Counted from the stretch's first letter, positions 13,728 through 26,992 are shown. The stretch is 64,000 bases of DNA from Octopus sinensis (GCF_006345805.1 NC_043002.1:40424001-40488000), one strand, 5' to 3'. The notes: generated by a model from the sequence alone, not told the origin. A program made the numbers and translations.

Positions 13728-15795
13728 GTATGCTGCTCCTAGGAAATACATAGTTACCCAACCTGAGGGCGGTGCAGGAGAAGGAGAGAGAGAGAGAGTG
13801 GGAGACAGCAGGATATAGATGGTAGCAAAGTGCTGGGCATACTCACAATGGATGGGGGATCAGAGTATAAATGGGATGAGTAATGGAAGAGAGAGATATA
13901 GATGATGGCAAGTGTCAGGGCATACTTTTGAGGTTCAAAGGTCATAATATAAGTGGCAGGATATTGTGAAAGGCATGGGATTAGAGAGTGCAGAGGGGGT
14001 GGAGAAGTGAGTGGTGAAAACCTAGGTATATATAGAGTGGGTGTGGGGCTGCTGGATAGCAATGATACAGCAAAATAGGGCCTTGAGGACAGGATTGGGG
14101 AGTGAGAGGTAGACATAGTGTATGAAGGAGGAAATGTGAGGAAGAGAAGAGATGTAGAAATGTAGATTGCTTTGTTGGGGTAGGGTGTTTGAAAAGTTTT
14201 CTTTTTAATGTGTGGGTGGAACACACAGGTTGGGGGTTAGTGGATAGCAATAACATGATACAGTGACACAGAGCCAAGAATACAGGATTGGGGAGTGGGA
14301 TGTAAGCATAGTGCATGAAGTGGAAAAAAGAGAAGAGATGTAGAGATATAGTTTGGTTTGTAGTGGTAGGGTGTGTGAGAAGTTTTCTTGCTAAGTGATA
14401 CAGATGGTCAATTGTCATTTCCTCCGTGAGGCCCAACATCCTGAGACTGGTTCTTATCACTTCATCCCACGTCATCCTGGGTTTCCTTCTTCTGCAGGTA
14501 CCATCCACTTTCAGTGACAGGCACTTCTTTATGCAGCTGTCCTCATTCAGACACATCTCATGTCCAAATCAACTTAGTCTTCTCTCTTGCATGCTACATT
14601 CGATTCCTCTTATGCCCAACTTTTCTCTCAATGCATTTACACTTTGTTGTACATGTGCACTGATGTTTCACATCCAGTGGAGCATACTGCCTTCATTTCT
14701 CTCCAGTCTTCTGCATTCAGAGCCCATGGAGTATAGCTGTTCACACACAAGAATCATATAGTCTACCTTTCACTCTGAGAGAGAGTTCTTTTGTTACCAA
14801 CAGAGGTAATAGCTCTCTGAACTTCCTCCATCCTATTCTTATTCTAGAAACAATACTTTCAGAGCATCCTTTACCATTACTAATTTGGTCACCTCGGTGA
14901 CAGAAACTATCTATAACCTCAAGAGAGCCTCCTGGGCATTTGAGAGAATCTAAGTCCTGTGTGCTCTTCATGCTTATTGTTGCTGCATATCTGCCACGTA
15001 CAAAGATGATTTTATCCGTTAATGTACCTGTGATTCCACTGCACGTCTTATGTGTCCTTAATTTACACTGGGTGTAGCGAATGTAATTTCTTCCAACTCC
15101 TTTCCTATATATTGAGCAGGGCCATTTACCTGATGGAAAGAGGGTTTTATCTTCTTTCTTACTAACAACTTTGGTCTTCGCTAGGTTAACTTTAAGGCCC
15201 TTTGATTTCAGGTTTTGTTTCCATACCTGGAATTTTTTCTCCAATTCTGCTAAAGAATCTGCAATAAGAGCAAGTTCATCAGCATATAGCAGTTCCCGTT
15301 GGCACCTAGTCTTGAATTTCTCTGTTATGGCCTGGAGGACTATAATGAATAAGAATGGGCTGAAAATTGGGCCCTGGTGAACCCCTACCTATATGCTAAA
15401 TTCATCACTGTATTCAGGGCTGACTCTCACCTTACTGACAGCATCACTGTATATGGCTTGTACAACTCAAACAAGCCACTTCTCTACTCTTAACTTCCTT
15501 AGAGACCACCATATAACAGAGCAGGGAACTCTGTTGTAAGCGTTCTCCAAGTCAATGAAGGTTAAGTAGAATCACTATTGTAGCTAGGGTGGGGGGAACA
15601 GTTGGGGCAGTGCACCCCAGGTGGGACTTTTAAAGGGGCAGCACTTTTGGGTCTGCTGTAGGCATTATGTGTTCTTTGTGAGTTCTGGGGGTGGCAAACA
15701 GAAGGGCCACCCCGGGCAGCACACACTCTAGCTATGCTAGTGAGTACAATGGCTTACTTTTGGTCGAGTACTTTTCCTGCAGCTGTCTCACTATG
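13225..15795 (-). mobile_element. 5'-truncated RTE-clade LINE: RT domain, C-terminal region, long 3' UTR and (TGA)n tail
   Basis: Minus-strand motifs QLQEKY...LYLTFIDLENAYNRVP, ELLYADELAL, GLKVNLAKTK, RIRIGWRKFRELLPLL, RRRKPRMTWDEV. Tail aaacaatgatgatgat near 13225 is shared with other copies. Confidence 0.88.
15573..15742. mobile_element. hAT-type MITE nested in the LINE RT
   Basis: Imperfect TIRs CACTAttgTAGCTAGgGTG / CACtCTAGCTAtgcTAGTG. 8-bp TSD agtagaat (15565-15572) / agtacaat (15743-15750). Removing it restores KPLYLTFIDLE. Confidence 0.85.
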
Positions 15796-17514
15796 TAATA
15801 ATACCCAAAGTTAGTGATGATGAAGTTCATATGTCTGATAATTGATCAAACAGACTTGTGATCAAGGGAAAATTATACTTGACCGTCTTGCTTTTTTCCC
15901 CTTCAGATAGAGTATATCTAAGACTACATAATTCAATGAGTCCTTTTTAAAAAATTTTAGTGAAATTGCAGGGTGTGATTGAGAGAAATTTGGCTATTAT
16001 TTTTAATTGGATGAGAAACTGCATAGAGTTTTCTTTACTGACAATGATGAATGATTGCTGGTAACAATTATAAGAAAATTTTTCTATCTCTTTTGTTTTT
16101 AATTTGATGTTCTCTCCAGGACAAACCTCAAAGGACACACCTGAGATCATAATGACTGTGGCCAGTACAATGATACACTTTTGCTTTACATTACTCAAGG
16201 GTATCGCAAATGCAGGAATTATGATTTAGAACACAAAGACAAAGTGAATAAGCTTACAGAAACTTAATTTCGTAAGCAGGAAACTGGTTTTATGTTATCA
16301 AAAATATTGTTCTTAAACCACTTCAAAGGAGGTATTTTGTTTCAGCTATTTCAGGTGTAAGAGATTCTCTTTAATGCATTAACATTAATATCTTTATTAG
16401 TTTACGTGTAGAATTATTATAATGGAAAAGGTTTGTCTTCATACATCGTACAGTACGCATAAATACCCGAACTACCTTGTTACAGGAACAGGTTACAACT
16501 TCCGACTAATTGTAATGAAATAAAATTTGAACAAGTGATTTGATATGTAAATGTAGTTATGAAAGAGTTATTTCCCTTGTTCTACTATTACGATTTCGGT
16601 CTTGTAAACATATCTTGGCTAGATTTCTTGCATCAGGGAGAATAAAATATGATAAGAGGAGAAGTGAATGAGAATAAATGAAAACTGAATAAATTTTGTT
16701 GAAACTCTAAATTCATTAACATTTAGGCGTTGATGATTTACAAAAGAAAACAAAATCAAAGAAAAAATTTACCGATTGAAAGGGTGTTGTATGGCAAAAT
16801 CAGTGGAGAGCTGAAAATAATAATATTTAGTTACATCCCTTCCACTCTATGTTCAAATCTCAGTGGAACTAATTTTGCCTTTCATCTTCCAAAGTGTCGA
16901 TAATATAAATACTATTATTACAAACTGGGTATCTATAAAATTAGCAATGCTTTTCCTGCATCCTTCAAAACTTCCAACACTACACCTGATTTTCTCCCCT
17001 CCATACACACGCAAGCATGTATCTGACTCATACACTGCTTACTTTCCAGACATTAGTACATTACTGCATATACTTTATACGAACTTTTGAGAAGTTGTGG
17101 TGCACCTAAGCACTGTATACAATAATTTCATTATTATTATTATTATAAGGAATCATTATTTTACTTTTTTAAAATAAAAATGTATGATGTGGTGGCATAC
17201 TCTGAAATAAAAGAGAATCTAGAAAGTAAAGAGCAAGAGGAAATGCTGCTAAACATTTTGTCTGATGCACTAGCAATTGTACCAGTTTACTGACTAAATG
17301 GTTTCAAATTTTGATATGAGATTAGCAATTTTTTAGGAGGAAGGGCTAATCCATTATATTGACCCTGGTGCTCAACTGATACTTATTTTAATCAACCCAA
17401 ATAGGCTGAAAGGCAAGGTCGATCTCAATGGAATTTGAACTCACAATGTTATGAGTCAGAAGAAATACCACAAGGCATTTTGTCCAATGCTCTTACAACT
17501 CGGCCAGCTCACCA

Positions 17515-17925
17515 CCTTGGAACATGTGGAAATGTGAAACCCAGGAAGACATGGGACGAAGTACTGAAGGATGATCTCAGGAAGCTGAATATTTCAGGTG
17601 AAATGACAAAGAACCAAGATACCTGGCCATACTCAAGAAAACCTGTACCCCGTAGCAGAAGTGTAAAGACTGATTCTTTTGATTGTATAAAGCTCCCATG
17701 CAGTGTCACATAAAAGTGCCTGTGCAGAAACATGTAAGAGCACCCATGCGACAACATGTAAAAGCACCCCTGTGGTAACACGTAAAAGCACCCCGTGGTG
17801 CCACATAAAAGCACCCATGTGGTACTATGTAAAAGCATCCAGCATGCTCTGTAAAGTGGTTGGTGTTAGGAAGGGCATCCAGCTGTAGAAAGCATGCCAA
17901 ATCAGACTGGGGTCTGGTGCAGTGA
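17515..17925 (+). mobile_element. RTE 3' end fragment with ~22-bp aaaagcacc tandem subrepeats
   Basis: GTCGNVKPRKTWDEVLKDDLRKLNISGEMTKNQDTW, then repeated (t)aaaagcaccc units and the shared ggtgttaggaagggcatccagctgtag tail motif. Confidence 0.75.
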
Positions 17926-18529
17926 AATGTCTCTAAGCATTTCATCTGGTATGCTAATAATTCTGCCAGCTCACTACCTTTTTAGCAACAATAGTAATGA
18001 GTCTTTTTATATTGGCCACAAGAGCTACACACAAAACAAAAAGGATGATACAAAACAAAGGACAGTGGGAGATTTACATGTAGCATGTGTAAACAGTAAA
18101 ACAATAGCAATTAACAATAAAATATTAAACAATAAAAATTCCTCAAAAACTCCACCTAAGGCCAACCAAAGAACCTTGCACATTCTGAACACCCTGGCCA
18201 CCAAGGTCACTTCATGCAGGCACCTGTCTCTTCTTCATTTCTTTCAGCCTATAGGTACATGCTCAGAGTAGACCCATTCACATAGGACATCTTTGCTACA
18301 TTCACTAACTTTTCAGCAAAATTACTGGGGAGCAGTACTTCCCTCTCTAACCAACACTTTTCAAGTGGAGCTTGAAAAAGTCAATGAGAACTTGCTTGAA
18401 GAGGACTACTTCTTATATCATAACCACCAGGCAGAAGAAAATTGCCTGCCCTGTCTGGCCAAAAGAAAGCAGTGGAGCACTCCTAACAGTGAACTTGGCT
18501 GTAAGCCAACTATACTGTCTTTGGAAAGA

Positions 18530-18745
18530 AAGAATTAAGGAATATCTTTAATAAAGGATATTAGTAGTTACCAGTTCATTGAAGAATTAAAGAATATACT
18601 TAGTGAAAGATAATAGTGGTTATCACTGGCATGATCAGGGAATTACGGAAATCCTTAGTAAAAGATAATAGAAGATCACAGTTCCATTGTTGTAGGATCA
18701 AGGAATATCATTAGAAAAAGATAAAAGAAGTTACTTGTTCCATCT
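18530..18745. repeat. Degenerate ~55-bp tandem repeat, about 4 copies
   Basis: Recurring ggaatatc(n)ttagtaaaagataatag(n)agtta(n)cagttc units. Confidence 0.65.
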
Positions 18746-20594
18746 TTGAATAGAAAATTAACACATGTCACAGGAAACGTTGTAAATCTCATAAAAGAAC
18801 TTGGTGAAAATGTGGTGCAGAAGTAAGCCAGCAGCTTAAATAATGAGTCACTTTCCTATCGGATACCATACAAAATGAAATCTTAGAGGCATATGCTCAT
18901 AACACCCTAAATGAGATCAGATAAAAGTTTGAAGATTCCATGTTTATTGGAACTATATGTGATTGTTGTGACATGAAACAAGAATCAATTATTGTTGTTA
19001 TGTTTCTGAAAACCAGGATGTCCATGAAGATTTTCTCTTGACTAGACTTTGGAGACACCAACTAAGGTTATTCTGGATGTTTTTTGTTGCCTAAACATTG
19101 AGCTGGAGTCAACATTGTGTTACTTTTGCCTTTCATGGCACATGTACCATGATCAGGAACATTTCAGGCATACAAAAGAAACTAAAGACGTTTCCTGGTA
19201 CATATTTTGTTCAGTGTGGAAACCACTCTCTGAACCTTGTCCTCCAAGAAGTTGGATGAATGGTTGCCATGGCCACTGATGCATTGAACTTCGTTCACCA
19301 ATGCACCATTCTTCTGAAAGAGCAATGTTGAAGCTTTTGTGATGAAAATGTCATCATGATGCAAGCAGGCGTCTGTTGCATCAAGCGAGAGAATGTTCAG
19401 CACACTTTGTTGTTTGAAGACCCGACTCCGTACCACAATGATGCAACATCGTTTGATACACTGTACTATAATGCATGTGCATAAAAACTTGTGCAATGAA
19501 AACACTTTGAAAAAACTTTCATCACCAAAACAAAATAGAACATTTTTTGGAATGATTTCAAATATTACTTTTCCACGTATAATTATAAAAAATATTATTA
19601 TACCTGTGTTTGTTTTGACATTAAGATTGAAAACAAATCAGCTTTGTTTGTAAAAAATTTTGAACCTGAGTTTGCACTCTCTAAGCAAATTTCATTCCTG
19701 GGTCATTGCCCTCATAACACTATACAATCTCTCAAATCTACTGCAATTGGCACTCTGTCCAAAATTGATAAAGGTCATTAGATTCAGGCATGTTTACACT
19801 TTAACCCCTGTATTGAAGCAGCCATTGATGCTTAGGGTGGATTCATTGAATTGGTGTGATAAAAGGATTCTCAAGATTATTTGTATCAATTTGTTTTCAA
19901 ATACAGCTTTTCTTTGATGAGCAATGCATCTTTTTCTAAATTCATGCAAATGACCTCAAAAAACTTAGGTTCCTGTATATAAACCTAACTACATCTCTTC
20001 CTGCATATACATATCTTTCCACCCCTGTTCCTGCAGCCCAATACCAATTTGTCATCTCTCTCTCTCTATCCTGTCCTTCCCACTGCCAACTGTATCATTG
20101 CTCTCCTATGTTCACTATTCACTGTGTTCTCCTTCTCCTCCCCTCTCACCCTTTGCACTCTTGTGAACTCATTGCTCACTCTGTCTAATTCTCTGTACCA
20201 TTCCATTTACATTCACTTCCTTGTACTTTGATGGTACACCCTGGCACAACAACACCATCTTTTCTAACTCTCCCTCTGACTGGGTTAGCCATGTATCTCC
20301 TCTACAGCAAAACACTTATGTCCCTCTATCATAGTTTAACCTTTCATCACCTGGAATAGTTCTGGTGCCCATGTCTGATGATTCTCATCTGCTACAATTT
20401 ATGTGTACACTTATATGCACCAAGGCTAATAAAGTAGTATTTGATGTTTTAACAAGACACCAATGTTAAGTTAGTTATAAAGATTGCTTTTTGGTACTAA
20501 CACTGCTTCCATTACTAATAATTATATTTTAATAAGCCTGCTGGTTATTTGTAACATCAGTGACTGAATAGACACTGAAATACCCTATATCATA

Positions 20595-20733
20595 GCAGCC
20601 CTAGGGTTGCTGGTGCCCTGAACTTTGGCGCCCTTACAAGTATAATTTTTAAAATGTAGATTAAAAAGTAGACTAAAAAGTTCATGGCACCTTGGGCAAC
20701 TGCCTGAGTTGCTGGTATCTTGAGTCAGCCCTG
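20595..20733. mobile_element. Partial GC-rich hAT-like MITE
   Basis: ggtgccctg/ggcgccct/ggcaccttgggc subrepeats and a cagccctg terminus; other TIR and TSD not found. Confidence 0.35.
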
Positions 20734-20953
20734 CATGGCAGTGAGATTTGGCTGGTATGTAGTGACTGGATGCCTGTAACTGAGGAAGTCCAGTAGACTG
20801 AAATCACATGATCTGAAAGTTCCATCGCCCACATCAGACAGACCTCATCTGCTATAATTTAGGTGTGTGCTTTTATATACCATGTGCCTATAGGAGAGGA
20901 CCCCTCAAGGGTGCAGTATTCAATGTTCTAACTAGACATCCATGTTAAGGTGG

Positions 20954-20954
<1 letters not shown>

Positions 20955-20993
<39 letters not shown>

Positions 20994-21023
20994 GTATGCA
21001 TGTATGTATGCATGTATGTATGC

Positions 21024-21056
<33 letters not shown>

Positions 21057-21220
21057 TGTATGTATGTATGTATGCATGTATGTATGCATGTATGTATGCA
21101 TATATGTATGCATGCATGTATGTATGTATGTATGTATGTATGTATGCATGTATGTATGCATATATATATATGCATGCATGTGTGTATGTATGTATGTATG
21201 TATGTATGTACGTATGTATT
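20955..21220. repeat. (TATG)n microsatellite
   Basis: About 265 bp of tatg/catg units; explains the spurious overlapping ORFs. Confidence 0.97.
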
Positions 21221-21393
21221 TATGCTTGTTTAATATTTCATCTACAGGAGTTATGGTATGATAACTACTGTGCTGATGATGACTGTTAAGTTAGAAACAT
21301 ATGCCCATAAATGTCCTCATACATCCAGATAATCAGAATGCTTCTTCTCTTTTATAGTCTGTCATTTTTGAAGTTAATATTTCCTCCCTTTAA

Positions 21394-21610
21394 GACGGCA
21401 AGCTGACAGAATCATTAGCATGCTTGGTAAAATGCTTGGCAGCATTTTGTCCATCTTTACATTCTGAATTCAAATTCTACCAAGGTTGATTTTTGCCTTT
21501 CATCCTTTCGGGCTCAATAAAATAAAAATACTAGGTGTACACTGGGGTTGATATCATCGACTTTCTCTTTCCCTGAAATTACTGGCCTTGTGCTAAAGTT
21601 TGAAACCAAT
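21394..21610 (+). mobile_element. tRNA-derived SINE family A
   Basis: Head g(c)ggtgagctggcagaa and central gcctttcatcctttcggggtcgataaa...agtaccag (Deu/Nin-domain-like). Further copies near 10597(+), 11270(-), 17300(-), 30830(+), 41020(+), 41670(+), 47272(-), 61025(+). Confidence 0.85.
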
Positions 21611-21757
21611 ATTTCTTCTCTTTCTCAATTGGAGTTGGTTGCATATGTCATAAGGCATTTCTTTACTCTTCTATTGAAAGAAACATAATTTTCATAAATG
21701 TAGAATTTCTCTTGTATCGTATTTCATATCCCTTCATTTGTCTATATTGTATGTGGA

Positions 21758-22042
21758 CGCACACACACACACACACACACACGCGCGTGCACACACACAC
21801 GCGTGCGCATGCACACACACACACACGCACACATAATGCCTATGTGATCATGTGTGCATATATATATACATGTATGTGTATGTTTGTGTGTGTATATATA
21901 TATATAATATATGTATGTATATCTACTATATATATATATAAATGTATGAATGTATGTGTATATATATATCATACATATATCAAAAATTAATATATGTTTA
22001 TGTATGTACATACATGTATATATATGCTTGAATCTCTCTCTG

Positions 22043-22093
<51 letters not shown>

Positions 22094-22140
22094 TATATAT
22101 ATATATATATACACATATTTACACACACACACACACAGAC
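21758..22140. repeat. Compound (CA)/(TA)/(TC) microsatellite
   Basis: Direct inspection. Confidence 0.95.
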
Positions 22141-23587
22141 AAGCACATATTTATACTGAAATTGTGTGTGCTTTTTATTAGCATTTAAAATGATTTGTTA
22201 CAAGAATACATTTGGGAATTGTAAGTCTTTTTTTAGAAAACTATTATTGGAATATTTCAGAAAAAGCTTCAGATTATAGGGATATTTCCAACCAGAAGAA
22301 ATATATAGTGAAATGAAATATATTTATTTTGAATTTGTTTGCATTTCTGCAAATATCTCTAATGCCGTTGGAAAAAAAAAATATTTAGATGATAAAAAAA
22401 GGGGACAATTTTGGTGCTGTTGTAAGTTTGTAATTGTTTTTGGCAAAAAAATATTCATGTAGATTTAGAAATGATGGAGTTGATATCCAGGAATTTTTAT
22501 TCAATAAAATGAAATTTATTTATTTATTATTTATATTTATATTTAGAGAATGTTTTCAAAATGTTTAGAAGCTGAGTGTTTTTATTTCAGAAATATTGAA
22601 AAAAATCATTAAAAAGCTAATTTTATCCATTTTGGTAAAAAAAGAGAAAAAGACAATGACTTCACATTCATATACACATAAGACATTTTTATGAAATAAA
22701 AGAGCCTCAATTTTGCCACATTGCACCAAATATGAAAAAGAAATATGGATAACAGTTATTAGTTTTCTTTAAAATTATTTTAAGTCCCCGTAGGAAATAG
22801 GACCTTCATGAGCTATAGGCTCATAAGGCCAGTTTCCCAGATTCTGTAGTGATATATTCCTCCTGGATAGGATGCCAATCTGTCACATGGTTACTCATTT
22901 TTGCCAGATGAGTGAACTGTAGCAGCATCAAATGTAGTGTTTTGCTCAAGAACACAATGTGCCACCTGGTTCAGGAATTGAGACTACAATTTTATGATCA
23001 TGAGTGCAATGCCCTAACCATTAAGCCATGTGCCTTCACATGTTTTGATATAATGTGTTAATAGCATAATTTTTCAGAATACAATATACTTTAAATATGG
23101 TTGATGTGTTCACTGAATTACATACGTATCCATGTGTAGCAGGAATATTGGTAGAATCCCAAACATCAACTCATTGCTTAGAAATTGAACCCAAATCACT
23201 GTGCTCAGATGTAAAAATAACTAAACACCAAAACGGGATTTTGTTGGGGACTGATGACATTGGCAAGCAGCTAGCCATACAAGTCTCTTACAAATATATT
23301 AAAAACTTGTTTTTATCAGTAACTGGGGTTTATCAGTGAAAATACAATAGACTCATTAAAATCTCAGTTGTCATAAACAATAATTTTAGGATAAATAATG
23401 TATAGAAATCTTATTAATGATTTTGTCTTTGGTGCCTTTTCTGTGACAGACTGTCAGAAATATAAGGATGGTTGTCTGGTAACAGACCAGTAGTTGTGAC
23501 ACAGCTAAAGCCAACAAACTGCAGGAAATTATGCTACAAAATTCAATGGCTTTTACAATCCACTATCAGTACTAACACACAAATCTC

Positions 23588-23652
23588 CCCAAGACACATC
23601 TCTCCCAGACACATCTCTCCCAGACACATCTCTCACAGATACAACTCTCACA
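23588..23652. repeat. 15-bp minisatellite (cagacacatctctcc), about 4 copies
   Basis: Direct inspection. Confidence 0.9.
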
Positions 23653-24032
23653 TGGACTGATGTACTTGGTGTAATCATTTTTCCTGTTTTTTGTCACAGC
23701 GACTTTTGTTAATGCTAATATTCTATTTAGAACTTCACAAGTCAGGCTTTCAATCATGAAGTTGTCAATTCAATTCCTGGACTGGGCTGTGTTGTGTTCT
23801 TGAGCAAGACACTTTATTTCACGTTACTCCAGTTCACTCAGCTGTAGCAATGAGTTGCAATATTACTGGTGCCAAACTGTATTAGCCTTTGCCTTTGCAT
23901 GGGCTGGACTGGAGCAATGTGAAAGGAAGTGTTTTGTTTAAAAACACAATGCATTGCTGGTCTGGTAATCAAGCCCACAATCTTGTAATCATGAGTGCAA
24001 CACCCTAACCACTGAGACATGCACCTTCACAC

Positions 24033-24251
24033 ACTAGTGGGTGCTGAAAAGTTCCAGGTTGTGAGTTAGAGGAAAATACAGGAGAATCAGTTAATTAGGA
24101 TTTTATTCAACATATTCCCCTCTCAGATTCACATTTATTGCAGCAGTCTTTCAGTTTTTCTAAGCCCTGTAAAAGAATTTGGAAGTTTGGGCCTGCAACC
24201 AGGCCTTTCACAATACCCTTAAAGCCAGGTATTTTTCAGCACCCCCTTGTA
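24033..24251. mobile_element. Tc1/mariner-type MITE (~220 bp)
   Basis: TIRs gggtgctgaaaagttccagg...aagccaggtatttttcagcacccccttgta. Related copies at 26775-26992 and 52748-52932. Confidence 0.8.
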
Positions 24252-24762
24252 TATAACAGACACACACACTTAAGTATAATAAATATTACAAATTTTATTT
24301 GCATGCACACAAGAGAATAACATGAGCTAAGGGAGCCTCTTTGTGGCCATTTGGCCTACTTAAAATAGCAATAAATTTTCTCTTAAATCTCGTACCCTAC
24401 CATTTTAAATTAAAGATAGAGATGCAGTAGGAATATTTGGCAGTCCCAAAACACCTAGAAATCAAAGTTAGATCACTGTATCTTATGCAGAAACAACTAA
24501 AAAACACAAATGCGATTAGTTCAATTATTGATGAAGTGAGAAAGCATTGGCCACTAAAGATCTTTTGTAGAACAGGATCTCATTGACAATTCCATCTTTT
24601 GGCACTGTTCTTGTTTTAGAAATAGCTTTAAATAGATCTGTTTTTCTGTAAACTAGTAATTTCCATAAGAGAGTAGAGGCACTTGCTTTGAGCCAGTCTT
24701 CTTCAAGTGTGATTGTAGCAGTCAAGACCAATGGATGATGATGATAATGATAACAGCAATAT

Positions 24763-24993
24763 ATTTCTTTACTGCCTACAAGGGGTTACACACAGAGGGG
24801 ACAAACAAGGACAGACAAATGGATTAAGTCGATTATATCGACCCCAGTGCGTACCTGGTACTTAATTTATTGACTCTGAAAGGATAAAAGGCAAAGTCGA
24901 CCTCGGCGGAATTTGAACTCAGAACGTAACGGCAGACGAAATACGGCTATGCATTTCGCCCGACGTGCTAACGTTTCTGCCAGCTCGCCGCCT
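24763..24993 (-). mobile_element. Young full-length SINE family A copy
   Basis: CpGs largely intact; flanked by a duplicated (ga)tga..acagcaatat target sequence. Confidence 0.9.
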
Positions 24994-25294
24994 TTGATGA
25001 TGACAGCAATATTACCACTGACAGTACAGCTTCAATCACCTAGTTGCTAGAGTTGCATCATGATAACTACGGTATTTTTCTTGATATGCAAAACATCACA
25101 AACTGGTGTAAACATTCTTTTCTATTGTTTATTACTATAATGTATTATTTTGTTCATGTTTTAACAATATTTTTGTATTTAAAAGGATTTTGTGTTCTAG
25201 CATCTACCACTCAAGCCAACCAAATCATTACACTGGTGATATTAAATAAGTCGTCGAGCTGGCAGAACCATTAGTACTCCTCCAGTACTGTTCT

Positions 25295-26010
25295 AACCTT
25301 GTCTACAGAATTCATATTTTTTCTGCCCAAATGGTTTTACAGACTGCAGAATAAATGATAATCAGATGGGGCAATGTCTGGCGAATATGGTGGGTGGGGC
25401 ATTGTTTCCCATTCAGACTGCTCCAGCTTTTGGAATGTCATCCTTGCTGTATGTGGCCTAGCATTATACTGATGGAAGAATAAGTTTTGTCTTGAAACCA
25501 AAGATGGTTGATTTCCAATGGCATGCAGACGTTGATGAATGGTTGAATGACCAAATCCAAGCTTCTCTGCTAATTCCTCAACAATTACAATGGGATTTTG
25601 TTCCACCAAGGTTTGCAGGACGTCCTTGTTGAGCTCTACAGATCTTTCACGATGTGGTTTGTTTTCTAGGCTGTAGTTTCCTGCTTGGAATTTCTGGAAC
25701 CACTGTTGACACTGGCTTATGCATTTTGTCTGATCCCCATATACTGCATTAATATTTCTCGTACCTGCCTTTATTAAACACGTAAAGCAAATATATGCTG
25801 AATATGCTCCTTTGTTACTTCCATTATAGCTTTGAAAAAAAAACTCTTTAAAATCAAACTGCACTCTTCAAAACTTGCACAAAGATTAAGTAGAAGTAAA
25901 AATTACTACCTGCTTTTATAGCGAGTTGATGCAGGTAGTTTATCCTATCCCCCATTGACTTTTAGTTCATGCAATTGAAAATACTGCATTATTTATGAGA
26001 TGACCCAATA
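25295..26010 (-). mobile_element. Internally deleted mariner transposon
   Basis: HTH region (INAVYGDQ...QQWFQKFQAGNYSLENKPH, ELAEKLGFGHSTIHQRLHAIG) is joined directly to HQYNARPHTA...HPPYSPDIAPSDYHLF; WVPHEL and the first catalytic Asp region are missing. One TIR (ta|ttgggtcatctcataaataatgc) ends at 26010. Confidence 0.92.
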
Positions 26011-26352
26011 CAGTGAAAAATATTCATAGTTAAAAGATTAAGTCAAGATCTTGTTAAAAGAAAATATCTATAAATCTTTAATATTTTTATAATTTTTTTT
26101 ACAATTGTAATAATTTTCAAATGTCTACTAATCAATCCAGTATATACATATGATGGGAAGAAAATATTGATGGAAAATATAAAATTATTCATATGTTTAT
26201 GTGTGTGTGTGTGTATGAGTGTATGTATGTGTGTATGGAAGGCATTTATGGAAAATACCTGTGCAGGAATTATTTTGGAAAAATATAAAAAAAAGAAGAA
26301 ACATTTACAGATCATAAATTATTATTAAGAATAGAAAATACTTCAGTGTGGG

Positions 26353-26775
26353 GTATATATATATATGTATATATACCATTTGTATATGTATATATATATA
26401 TATATATATACACCATTTGTATATTTATATATATATATATACCATTTGTATATTTATATATATATATATATATACAATTTGTATATGTATATTTATATTT
26501 ATATATATATATATATAAATATAAATATACAAATGGTATATATATATATACATATATATATGTACATACATATACATACATACATATATATATATACATA
26601 CATATATACATACATATATATATATATACACATACATATATATATACATATATATATATACACATACACATATATATATACATATATATATGCACATACA
26701 CATACATATATATATATATATAATATATATATATATATATTATATATATATATATATATATACACATACACATAT
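26353..26775. repeat. Complex (TA)n array with embedded taccatttg units
   Basis: Direct inspection. Confidence 0.95.
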
Positions 26776-26992
26776 AAGGGAGTGCTGAAAAGATCCTGGC
26801 TTTGGGTAAAAGAAAATACTGGAGGACCAGTCAATTATATTTTTGTTCAACGTATTCCTGTCTGAGATTCACACACTTATTGCAGTAATTGTTCAGTTCT
26901 TCTAAGCCCTGTAAAGTACTCAGAAGTTTGGGCCTCCAACCAGACCTTTCACAATGCCCTTAAAGCCAAGATCTTTATATATACCCTTTGTA
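26775..26992. mobile_element. Tc1/mariner-type MITE, copy 2
   Basis: Homologous to 24033-24251; sits in a TA array. Confidence 0.78.

Noticed and set aside
16095-16276. Plus-strand acceptor (ctctccag|GAC) suggesting an exon of a third gene
   Set aside because: Two frames stop quickly, the third resembles nothing I recognise, and no partner exons were found.
17700-17840. Regularly spaced aaaagcacc repeats resembling a CRISPR array
   Set aside because: Eukaryotic context, ~22-bp degenerate units without unique spacers, part of an RTE 3' UTR, no cas genes.
19040-19510. Possible degraded Tc1-like transposase N-terminus
   Set aside because: No clear motif or TIR identified.
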